A stretch of DNA of 63,661 nucleotides, filler included, from an uncultured bacterium (lineage in GTDB: Bacteria > CAYUVA01): NCBI GenBank assembly GCA_964448115.1. It is 3 parts of 3 records of this genome, joined end to end, with 100 filler letters (N's around TTAATTAATTAA, not from the genome) between each part and the next. Parts side by side here need not be neighbours in the genome. Positions count along the whole stretch, not along the records: positions 22,888 to 45,524 come from CAYUVA010000057.1; positions 45,625 to 63,661 come from CAYUVA010000062.1; 1 more part is not named here. The stretch is one strand, 5' to 3'. Made by a program: the position numbers and the translations under genes. Numbering within the stretch: position 1 is the stretch's first letter; every line of letters begins with the position of its first letter. Of this stretch, positions 40,223-49,200 are shown piece by piece. The notes beneath the pieces were generated by a model. The model made no database searches, was not told the DNA's origin, and saw only the letters and a program-made list of their open reading frames with translations.

Positions 40223-40846
40223 CTATATGCTTGAGCAGGTTTTCTTTAATACATGGCGACGAAAATAGAGCACATATACCGTCATGGAGACGATGTACCC
40301 AGCCAGTATATCGAGCACATAATGCTGCTTGACTAAAACGGCTGAGATGCCAATAAGCAGAGCCAAACCAATAGATACGATGCCGATAAACCTATTGATG
40401 CGCCACATGCAAAGGGCTGCTATCATCGACATCGCAGCGTGAAGGCTGGGAAAGCAATTGTTGGGAGAGTCAAAATAATAAACGAGACCCAATGCCCAAC
40501 TAGAGAAGTTCGTAACCTCAAATGATGGTCGATCCATGGTGACCGGAAGAAACAAAAACACAAAAAAGCATACTATCATTACCATCATGTATGAGTAAGC
40601 AGTGAGCTTGAAATAACGATAGCTCGGATAAAGCAAAAAAGGGAGCATAAATAACGGAAAAACCGTAAGATAAAATAGAGAAAAATCTGTAACAAATGGC
40701 AGATGATGCACCATATCGAAAGAAAAGAGATAAGACTCGCGGTGATGAGCAAGGTAGTTCAGGAAGAAGTACCCACAAGCCCATAATGAAATTATCCCCA
40801 TCAGCAATAGCACGATGATTATATTTTGTTTTGATGCCTGTCTCAC
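40223..40846 (-). CDS. PAP2 superfamily membrane protein
   Basis: RP, D.P.NCFPSLH and S....KQHY..D...G motifs within TMs. Confidence 0.85.
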   Translation of the reverse strand: MRQASKQNIIIVLLLMGIISLWACGYFFLNYLAHHRESYLFSFDMVHHLPFVTDFSLFYLTVFPLFMLPFLLYPSYRYFKLTAYSYMMVMIVCFFVFLFLPVTMDRPSFEVTNFSSWALGLVYYFDSPNNCFPSLHAAMSMIAALCMWRINRFIGIVSIGLALLIGISAVLVKQHYVLDILAGYIVSMTVYVLYFRRHVLKKTCSSI

Positions 40847-41088
40847 TCCCCATGCGCCCTTCTTAGTGGAATTATCCTGATGTATTTTATGCTAGCCAGG
40901 ATCATTAAAATAGGGCATAATCCCAAGCCGTATATGACCTTTATCATCCGATAGGACAGCCCTTCATCATCAAGAATAATCTCGTAAAGCCCCAGGGTAA
41001 CCAAGCCGATGATCACTCCACCCAGGTAAAAAAAGACTATCCAGCGAAACTTGTTATTATGCCATGAGATTACGATGTTTGACTCCAT
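40843..41088 (-). CDS. Small two-TM hypothetical membrane protein
   Basis: 81-aa ORF with two hydrophobic helices, co-oriented with its neighbours and overlapping the next start. Confidence 0.55.
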   Translation of the reverse strand: MESNIVISWHNNKFRWIVFFYLGGVIIGLVTLGLYEIILDDEGLSYRMIKVIYGLGLCPILMILASIKYIRIIPLRRAHGE

Positions 41089-41116
41089 CTATTGCGAGAC
41101 CTGCAAGTTCGATGCC

Positions 41117-41230
41117 CTACTCATCGGATTTCGGTCTGTCATGCTTGAGCAGCTTGCTTATGCAAAAGGTAACCAACAAGATGATTCCACCCCAAGAGAT
41201 GCCCATGAATATCCAGCCGTAGGTGGTCAT
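41117..41230 (-). CDS. 37-aa single-TM protein, probable small subunit of the NSS transporter (MetS-like); absent from the ORF track
   Basis: MTTYGWIFMGISWGGIILLVTFCISKLLKHDRPKSDE*; ATGA overlap with the transporter stop and a GGAGG RBS. Confidence 0.75.
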   Translation of the reverse strand: MTTYGWIFMGISWGGIILLVTFCISKLLKHDRPKSDE

Positions 41231-42801
41231 TGCAAACCCTCCTCCTCTTCTTGGATCAGCCTTTTTTCGTTCTTGGTTCGACTTATAAGGTAGATTAGGA
41301 ATCCGAGTAATAGCAGCAAACCTATGCGAGTGGCAAGAATATATGGTTTATTCTCCACGGGGATATCCTTCATCAGTATGATAGGCAGGTATTCCTGGTA
41401 GAACCATATAACCAATAAGGCTCCCAGGAACAGGGGATCGATATACTTTATTACGAACTTATAAAGATTTGGAACTCGAATATATGAATCTCGATTTAGC
41501 TCCCCGAAGCCCTTGTCTATTCCAATTATCCAGCCAAAGAGGATGACCTCCGCTAAAGCGCAGAATACCGGGATGAAATTGCCCGCCCAAAAGTCCATCT
41601 CACCGAGGGTCCCTTTGGTCAGGGTAAGTAGTATGGTCAGACTTACCATCAAACTGAAGATGCCCAGGTATATTACCGCTCGTTGCCTGCTAATGCCGAA
41701 TTCATCCTCCAAAAAGGCGACAAAAGGCTGTATGATCGATATCGACGAGGTTACCCCAGCTAAAAACAATAGAAAAAACCACAGAAAGCCGAAGATCCCC
41801 CCGCCAAGCATCTTGTGAAAGATAAGCGGCATGGATACGAAACCGAGATCGAAAGCGCCACCTTGTGCTATCTCCTGAGCGCCTTGGGCGCCGAAGTATA
41901 TGAAGGCAACCGGAATGATGATGCTGCCGCCAAGGATCACCTCGCAGAACTCATTGGTGGAGCCTGCTGCCAGGCTGCTAAGCGCAACATCATCGCGCTT
42001 TCGCAGGTAGCTTGAATAGGTTATTAGAACCCCCAATCCCAACGACAGTGTAAAGAACATCTGCCCTGCTGCCGCAAGCCAGACCTTGGCTCTGCTAAGC
42101 GCCATGAAGTCCGGATTCCAGAGGAAACCGAGACCATTGGTTACATTGCGGTCCGGATAAGCTGGATCGGGAGTTCCCAAGGTCAGCACCCTGATGAGAA
42201 GTATCAGCGCGCAAAAGAACAGCACCGGCATCGCAATCTTAGTAACTCTCTCTATACCACGAGTGATACCCTTGTATATAACTGCATAATTGATCGCAAA
42301 GGTGAGCAAAAAGAAGAAGATCGCATAAGACATCGAGCTGAAAAACTGGTTGCTCTCGGCACCCTGGAAGCCCTGCAAGAAGGCGTTCATATCTTGGGCA
42401 TTGTCGATGAGCCTCAGCTTGCCGGACAGCGAAAATACGCTATAAGCGAGCGTCCAGGACTCGATAATTATATAATAGAAGCTGATCACCATGGGACCGA
42501 AGATGGCGATCACGCCCAGGTACTTTGTCCAAGCCTTGCCAGTAATAGCGCTGAAGATCCCCGGCGCAGCCCCCTGTCCATAAGCTCCACCCCATCTGCC
42601 CATGGTCCACTCAACCCAGGCAAGCGGGATACCGATTAGAATGAAGCTGATGAAATAGGGGATCATGAATGCTCCCCCACCGTGCTGGGTTGCCTGCACA
42701 GGAAAGCGAAGGAAATTGCCTAGACCCACTGCGCTTCCGGCTGAAGCTAGAATTACACCGACTTGCGATTTCCAGTGCTCTCTTTGTCCTATTAGAGCCA
42801 T
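41227..42801 (-). CDS. Sodium-dependent transporter, neurotransmitter:sodium symporter (NSS/SNF) family
   Basis: RE.W.S..G.ILA.AGSAVGLGNFLRFP, GGGAFMIPY, AAGQMFFTLS and AGVTSSIS motifs; AGGAGG RBS. Confidence 0.95.
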   Translation of the reverse strand: MALIGQREHWKSQVGVILASAGSAVGLGNFLRFPVQATQHGGGAFMIPYFISFILIGIPLAWVEWTMGRWGGAYGQGAAPGIFSAITGKAWTKYLGVIAIFGPMVISFYYIIIESWTLAYSVFSLSGKLRLIDNAQDMNAFLQGFQGAESNQFFSSMSYAIFFFLLTFAINYAVIYKGITRGIERVTKIAMPVLFFCALILLIRVLTLGTPDPAYPDRNVTNGLGFLWNPDFMALSRAKVWLAAAGQMFFTLSLGLGVLITYSSYLRKRDDVALSSLAAGSTNEFCEVILGGSIIIPVAFIYFGAQGAQEIAQGGAFDLGFVSMPLIFHKMLGGGIFGFLWFFLLFLAGVTSSISIIQPFVAFLEDEFGISRQRAVIYLGIFSLMVSLTILLTLTKGTLGEMDFWAGNFIPVFCALAEVILFGWIIGIDKGFGELNRDSYIRVPNLYKFVIKYIDPLFLGALLVIWFYQEYLPIILMKDIPVENKPYILATRIGLLLLLGFLIYLISRTKNEKRLIQEEEEGLQ

Positions 42802-42830
42802 AAAAGCCCCTCCTAGCTATATCAAGTGCG

Positions 42831-42858
42831 ATTATAGACAAATATCACTATTTTGCAA
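42831..42858 (-). promoter_or_regulatory. Putative sigma70 promoter of the NSS transporter
   Basis: The minus strand reads TTGCAA-N16-TATAAT about 30 nt before the ATG. Confidence 0.55.
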
Positions 42859-42981
42859 GGAAGAAATTGGAGGATGAATTGGGGACAGCCTCGAAATGGC
42901 AAATCATCAAACCGCCCCTAAAAAGAACTAATTATTCCACCAAAACGCTGTTTTCTGGCTGTTTCTCAAAAATAATTGTCC

Positions 42982-43432
42982 AAATAGGGCATATAAACCA
43001 CCCATTCAGACCAATATTCATAGGGGTATTTTTTGAGGATCCAAGTGCCATTGCTATTTTTGAAACATCGATCTTGTAAATAGGAGCTTTGTCAAAAAAA
43101 AGATTAATGTTCCATGTGGAACATATCACTTAACTGTTTGATTTTATAGGTGGTTTTTCTCCAAATCTACATTAACGGACTCAAGTTTTAAAGCCGATTT
43201 TGGGGGGTGCTAATTCACCTATTACTTTAACTTATTGATATTAAAGAAGAAATTTTTTGTAATTTGTTTCGAGGATCCTCGATCACCAGAATACATTAAT
43301 AAAAAATCGTGCCAAAATGGCACAAAGTGAGGTTAACTTATTGATATAATTGAATATTTACATTGGATAAATAATTATCATATTGCTTATAACTTGCCGG
43401 TCGAGGGGTGCCGCTCTTAAAGATCTGCGCCA
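42982..43432 (+). repeat. Full copy of the ~450-bp dispersed non-coding element (CRISPR-leader-like)
   Basis: Colinear with 63207-63659 (offset 20225-20227 throughout). parS-like palindrome at 43108-43123, IHF consensus at 43131, 43228 and 43334, GTGCCA-AAA-TGGCAC at 43309-43323. Confidence 0.9.
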
Positions 43433-43590
43433 CCCGCCGAAGATCCCACGCAAATACCCAAAGAAAGAGGACTCATCCAAAAGCTTACATTGAGCAAAGT
43501 CGAAGGAATCTGGATGACATCAGGTGGGAAGTGAGACAACCATAATCTTGGAGAGGGCGGGGGTGAGGGGCTTTCTTTCCTCTAACACTT

Positions 43591-43890
43591 TATCACGGTA
43601 TCACTTCCTCTTTGTGCCTTTGTGCCTTTGCGTGTTCAGCTCTTTCTTTTCTGCGCCTTTGCGTGAGCGTCCTTCCTTTCTTTGCGTCTTTGCGTGATCC
43701 TCTTTCCTTTCTCCCGAAGCCTAAAGTCTATTATTGACCGCTCGCTTACGCTCACGGCTCGGTCAAATATATATTTTCCTTATTGCGATTGCGTTCTTTG
43801 CGTCTTTGCGTGATCAACTCTTTATTTCCTGCGTCTTTGCGTGAGTGTCTTGGCATGATCCTCTTTATTTCATTCATTCCTAAAGTTTAA
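43591..43890. repeat. Cluster of CTTTGCGT-type short direct repeats with an embedded inverted-ended element
   Basis: CTTTGCGTG at 43626, 43657, 43688, 43804 and 43835; TTGACCG...CGGTCAA element at 43734-43766. Confidence 0.85.
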
Positions 43891-43893
43891 GGT

Positions 43894-44913
43894 CTAAAGC
43901 CTTATCTCTGTGCAAAAGAGCAAGTATGGCTCGATAACCTCGATTCGGCTGCCATTGGTTGCCCACTGTATATCGAACAGCTCCGTGCTCGGCGCTCCGA
44001 GATACTCCCAGATCATGCTATAAAACCCCTTTTTCAGGCTTAGTTTGATGATCCTTTCATTCATGGACTCGCTTTTTATCAATATTCTGCTGCCGGCAAT
44101 GTTCACCTCGCTGCTGCCAGCGCCGCGGATTACGAAGCTGTAGTTGCCATCGGCTGGGATCAGTATATCTGCCCTGGCTACGATCGCCAGCATCTCGTCC
44201 TCAGCCGACTTGTAGTCTCCTGGCGAGAAAGCCCAGGTCGGCAAGGTATCGTGGAGGGTCTCGCTTTTGATCGCTGAACGAGCTGCCAGCGAGACTCCGT
44301 GCTGGTTATTGAATATCGCCCTTGGGATGAGCAGCGCCTGGTAGTATCTTGTGCCTTTGTGTTCGATGTACTGGTGATTCGCACCGGGAAAAGCCTTGCG
44401 GAGGCGTTTTAGCGAGGCGGTCTGTTTGGCATCTAAATCACTTATCACCGCAATGCCTTTTTTCAGCTCAGGCTGGTGAAGGATGGTAAGTATATCATCG
44501 GTTGTGGTGATGCTGTGAATCGGCAATCCGAGCCGTGAGCGTGAGCGAGCGGTCAAATACTTGGGGAGTCGGCTGGCATCGATATTGAGCAAGTATATCT
44601 TGTAGTCGGGTGCCAGGCGCTCTATTGCCTCACCAAGTGTTTTTCGCGCCAGCGCGGCATCTCGATCCCCACAGGCGACGATTGCAATGCCGACAGCTAT
44701 AATCGCAACCAAGGCAAGTAGGGGCGATTGATTATTCGCCCCTACGGTCCCCTCTCCATCTGGGAGAGGGCTAGGGTGAGGGAGGAAAGACACACCCCTA
44801 AATCCCCTCTTGATAGAAGGGACTTTTCGGAGCATCCCCTCTTGAGAGGGGTGGCTCGCCTCCCGACTTTGTCGGGACGGGGTGGGTAATTCCTGCCCTA
44901 TCCATTCAATCAT
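43894..44913 (-). CDS. Putative lipoprotein with a C-terminal PA14-like beta domain; start uncertain
   Basis: Hydrophobic stretch plus lipobox-like IVA-C; C-terminal PADGNYSF..G..S.V.I.G...L.KG.Y....EY...W. The ATG at 44913 is preceded by AAGGAAGGA. Confidence 0.6.
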   Translation of the reverse strand: MIEWIGQELPTPSRQSREASHPSQEGMLRKVPSIKRGFRGVSFLPHPSPLPDGEGTVGANNQSPLLALVAIIAVGIAIVACGDRDAALARKTLGEAIERLAPDYKIYLLNIDASRLPKYLTARSRSRLGLPIHSITTTDDILTILHQPELKKGIAVISDLDAKQTASLKRLRKAFPGANHQYIEHKGTRYYQALLIPRAIFNNQHGVSLAARSAIKSETLHDTLPTWAFSPGDYKSAEDEMLAIVARADILIPADGNYSFVIRGAGSSEVNIAGSRILIKSESMNERIIKLSLKKGFYSMIWEYLGAPSTELFDIQWATNGSRIEVIEPYLLFCTEIRL

Positions 44914-45015
44914 GTCCGTCCTTCCTTTCATGCCCGTCCTCCGCATGCCATACCCATTTACCCCCTGTCATTCCCGTGCCCCCCTTCTGTCATTCCCGTG
45001 CAGGCGGGAATCCAG
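44718..45015. repeat. Stack of several unrelated REP-like palindromic repeats
   Basis: GTAGGGGCGA-N8-TCGCCCCTAC (44718-45); CCCTCTCC-N5-GGAGAGGG-CTAGGGTGAGGG (44750-82); CCCCTAAATCCCCTCTTGATAGAAGGGACTT (44795-825); CCCCTCTTGAGAGGGG (44836-51); CCCGACTTTGTCGGG (44862-76); TGTCATTCCCGTGC twice (44966 and 44988, the second continuing AGGCGGGAATCCAG). Confidence 0.85.
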
Positions 45016-45060
45016 TCCCTATCAATGCCAACCCTATCGCAGAAATACATTCTTCAAAGT

Positions 45061-45524
45061 CTATTCACAGCCGATTTCATCGCGAAGATTGAGTAGTACA
45101 TCTAAATCCGGATGTTGGATCTTCTGTGCAAGTTCTATCGACTCATTCAGAGCAGAACAGGCATCATTAACTTTGCCCATCGCTTTAAGTACTATTGCTT
45201 TCCACCATAGATAACCCACAAGCGCAAACCAATGTTGTATTCCGATGCTTTTTTCAATGCTCTCATCAAAGCATTTCAAGGCATTATCATATTTTTTTTG
45301 TTCAAAATAGACCGCGCCGATGTTGTTGAGGCTGCCGGCGATCTCTTTTGGTATATTAAGTTTCCTATAAATCTCCAGCGCCTGGTTGTAATAGGAAAGC
45401 GCCTGGTCGTATTGACCCAAAGATTTATAGACCAAGCCGATGTTGTTGAGGCTGGTGGCGATATCCTGTGGTATATCTAGCTTCCTTCTTATCTCCAGCG
45501 CCTGGTTGTAATAGGATAGCGCCT
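45061..45524 (-). CDS. C-terminal fragment of a TPR-repeat protein (5' part lost at the contig end)
   Basis: 40-aa repeats (ALSYYNQALEI..KL.IP..IA.SLNNIG.VY) encoded by 120-bp near-direct repeats; the frame is open up to the N linker. Confidence 0.85.
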
Positions 45525-45624
45525 NNNNNNNNNNNNNNNNNNNNNNNNNNNNNNNNNNNNNNNNNNNNTTAATTAATTAANNNNNNNNNNNNNNNNNNNN
45601 NNNNNNNNNNNNNNNNNNNNNNNN
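45525..45624. other. Artificial contig-joining linker
   Basis: 44 N + TTAATTAATTAA + 44 N. Confidence 0.97.
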
Positions 45625-45676
45625 AGGCGATTTCTAACAGCATCACAATGCGAATTAAATCAATTCTTCAGAGCTG

Positions 45677-45763
45677 TTCTTCTTGATTATGATCTAACGA
45701 AGAATTCCCTTCATCGTTGACAAAGACCCTGAGAGATTTAGAGAGCAGGGGCTTTGAGAACCC
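45677..45763 (-). repeat. ~87-bp hairpin-containing repeat, inverted partner of 54948-55033
   Basis: Aligns with the reverse complement of 54948-55033 at roughly 80-85% by eye; contains a CAAAG.CCCTG...CAGGGGCTTTG stem; lies 3' of the IS256 remnant. Confidence 0.8.
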
Positions 45764-45797
45764 ACTACTCATTATTCCTATAAAATCTTAATTTTAC

Positions 45798-46163
45798 TTA
45801 CATACCTTGAGAAACCTCCTGCAAGATATTATCACCTAATAATCCCATATCCAGGTAACGCCTGCCACTTACCCATTCATCGCTTATGTCCATAACCACA
45901 GATGTGCATAACCTTATACACGATGCCTCGTTGGCAAAGATCCAAATAACCCTACCGCGTCTCTTGATCTCCTGGTGAACTCGCTCTAAGCAATTAGTGC
46001 TCCTAATACGCTTTCTATGCTCTTTGGGAAAACTGTAACATGAAAGAGTCTCTTCGCCATCAACTTCTAGCTTGTTTGCAAGCCTAGGCAATATCTCACC
46101 ATACTTATCAACAAGACCATAAATCCGTGATATAGCAAGAACCTGCCTCATCGAGAGGTTCAA
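45798..46163 (-). pseudogene. IS256 (Mutator)-family transposase, C-terminal remnant
   Basis: FPKEHRKRIRSTN.LER..QEIKRR.RV..IF.NEASC.RL and W..GRRYLDM are typical of IS256 C-termini; the N-terminal part, including the first catalytic aspartates, is missing. Confidence 0.88.
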
Positions 46164-46260
46164 GGGCTTACAAGGATCACAATTTCACTTTCGCACCAAT
46201 AAAGCAGTGGGATACAGCCTTTGGCTTCGCGTCTTTTTCACCTCTGAGCCAGCCTTGGGG

Positions 46261-49200
46261 CTAGTCGCATGTTTCATCACACCCGATATCCGCCGAACCT
46301 CCGCCGCAGGGTCTCGTATCTCCCTCGAAGTCATCCGAAGGATAGCCTAGCCATTCCCATGCGGCTCCTCTTGCCGGCGAGTCAGGCTTTAGCCTTATCC
46401 ATCCATAAGCATCGGCGTAAACCTTCGGATCCTCCCGGATTGCGTGATAATGGTCTCCCTCGTAGTCGGAAGGAGTGGGTGCATCTGTCTTTGGCTCCAA
46501 GAAGTTATTGATGAATTGGATGTCGTGCGAAGCATAAGGAGATACATACACCTGGTCGGAAAGACTTAAGTTGATTACACTTTTGAATTTGAACTTCCTA
46601 CGGTTGCCATAAAAGATGTTGTGATAAGCATCTCCAGAACAATCTTCGGTTCTCAGTCCGGCTCCAGTTGCTGTAACCAATCCGGTGACAAAGGTCATGT
46701 GTGTCTCATTTTCCCAAACCGTTGAGTTTCTCAGCGTAAAATTACAGTTCTTCAGATAAAGACCGCCTCCCCTGCTCCATAAATACAGCGCTGCATATCT
46801 CTTGACTGCAACACGGGGGTCTTTTCCTAGATTTGCATAGAAGCAGTCGTTCTCCAGGTAGCAATCAGCCCCTTCCGAATATAGACCGCCTCCCTTCTTC
46901 CACACCCTGTTTTTATAGAACAACGATTTTCTCACCGTAACGCCATCCTCGCTCAAGTAGATGCCTCCCCCGTGGTGGAGAGCAAGGTTGTCGTAGAAAA
47001 CGCAATTCTCCACCGAGATCTGGCTTCCTCCCAGCTTGGCTCCACCTCCGTAACCTCCACCAAACATCCACAGGAAGAATGGCGGTTCGAGTCGCCCGCT
47101 AGAGTTGCCGTGGAAACGACAGTCATGAATAAGCAGCGGCTCCTCCGTTTCCGCCCATAATCCGCCTCCCCTATCAGCAGCGTAGTTCACCCTGAACACG
47201 CAATTCTCTATTACTCCACCGCCTCCCTGCACTAACATTCCCCCGCCGTCTGCCGTAGGTGTCTGTCCATTATTAAGCGCCACATTCGCTTTTATATGGG
47301 TATCCTTCAGTGTGAAAGTGCTGTAGGCGGAGTAAATGCCTCCGCCTTCGTCATAGGCGCGATTGTGAGGATCGGGTGTGTTGTCTCCGATGTTCGTTCC
47401 GCCCTCTATAATATCAACTACATCGTAGTCTTCAGACCTCTCCGGATTGTCGTCGCGCATAAGTCCAATTTCGCAATTATCAACTGTCCAATTGGAATTC
47501 TCGAAGTAAAGGGCGCCTCCCTGCTGCATTGCCGTGTTCTCAGTAAACCAGCAGTTCTTGATCTCCGCTTCTCCGTCCTTCACATAAACTGCGCCGCCCT
47601 TGTTGGCAACACAACTCCTAATTTCGGAGTTCAACAAGACAAGACTTGCGTTATCCACCCTAATGCCGCCTCCGATACCGCTGCTCCCGCTTAAGATACG
47701 AAATCCGTCAAGCCCAGCAGGATAATGGGAGAAGTTCTCCAGCCTGAAGATGTTGGTTTGAAGATTGGCGTTATAATATACATAGTTATCAGGGTCATCT
47801 ACCTCTATATAGGAACTCTCCCTCAGATAGATAGGAAATGAAGAAGGATCAGCGTAAGTTCCCAGCACGCTTATCCTGTGGGTTTCTGAACGAATGTCAG
47901 CAAGAGCGTCCTCTATGGACGAGAAATCGTATGCGGGATATGGGTCTGGACCTATCCAAAGATAATCGGAAAATTCGTATGCTCCCATATCGGGGATTCT
48001 CCTTGCGGGGACTCTATGCTGGAACGGTCGCTGAGCTCCCGTAAAATCTTCAGTGAGAGAACTGCAAAACTGTACTGCGTCAATGCAGGGAGATACAGGA
48101 CGCAACCGCAGGTCTCCGGCGAAATCCATCATGAACCATGGGTTCTTGTCCATATTATGATCCAGGGCATCGCCATACCCTCCCTCCACCAGGGAACAAG
48201 ATATCTCCGGCATCTGGGCGCTGGTGGGATATGCCACCTCGTTGGGTATGTCTCCCCACATAATGGAGTTGTATATGCTTCCCCTCGGGGCATCATTGTA
48301 TAGCGCTCCACCATTGCTTGCTTCGTTTCCGTTGAAGGTACAATGTGTGAAAGAGTAACCGGCAAGAGCGGTAACAAAACTATAAACCGCTCCTCCGTGG
48401 TGGTCGGCTGCGTTTCTCCAGAAGACAAGGTTCTCAAAATCATAATATCCCCACCACAAGAAGAGCGCTCCGCCGGAAGCGCAGGAATGATTTTCCCGGA
48501 ACTCGCATCGCTTCATGTCCAGGTGAGCCGAGGTCTCCGCCGAGGCGTGAGCATAGATCGCCCCGCCGTTGTCCGAAGCGCTGTTCCCGGTGAAGACGCT
48601 CCTTTCTACACTAGCAAAGCTGTTCCAATAGTATGCTGCTCCGCCGAACCCGCCGTGGTTGTCCTGGAAGGCGCATTCATAGACCTCTGAACCGCCAGAG
48701 TAGTCGGCGAGCGCCCCGCCAGCGCTGGAGTTGTTCGAGGTGAAGGTGCAGTCCCTTATCACCGGGTCCCCGTACTGGTTGGCAAGCGCCCCGCCGGTTT
48801 TCGCATCATTGTATTCGAAATTGCAATTCTCGATAACCGGGTCTCCAGCGTAGTTGAATATTGCGCCCCCATAAGTAGTTGTACCGGTTCTTCTCGCCTT
48901 GTTGTAAAGGAATTCGCAATCCCTGACCGTGATCTCCGAGTTGCTTATATACAGGGCTGCCCCGTTGGCGTTATACAGGAAGCCGTACATGATTCGCAGC
49001 CCTTGAATGGTGGTGTTCAGGTCATGGATCCCTACCGCCTTGAATAAGGGCGCCCCGATGGCTTGCGAGGGATGCCCCTGGATGGTGGGCTTGGTGGAGG
49101 TATGGCTCATCAGTTTCACGCCCGGCACCAGTTCCATCGGTATATTCTCGTTGAACCAATAATAGGTTCCATCAGCTACGACATGGATAGTCTTTCGCTG

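Noticed and set aside
42867-43129. Short ORFs 42867-43079 (+) and 42932-43129 (-)
   Set aside because: They fall in the AT-rich element, show no recognisable protein features, and the conservation tracks DNA motifs rather than codons.
43309-43335. sigma54 promoter at TGGCAC
   Set aside because: No TTGC at the -12 position on either strand in either copy; the motif is better seen as a palindrome.
43591-43890. CRISPR array
   Set aside because: The repeat core is only about 9-17 bp with a 31-bp period, the intervening sequences resemble one another, and no cas genes are present.
45310-45524. Diversity-generating retroelement TR/VR pair
   Set aside because: These are in-frame 120-bp TPR repeats with mixed substitutions, and there is no reverse transcriptase in the window.
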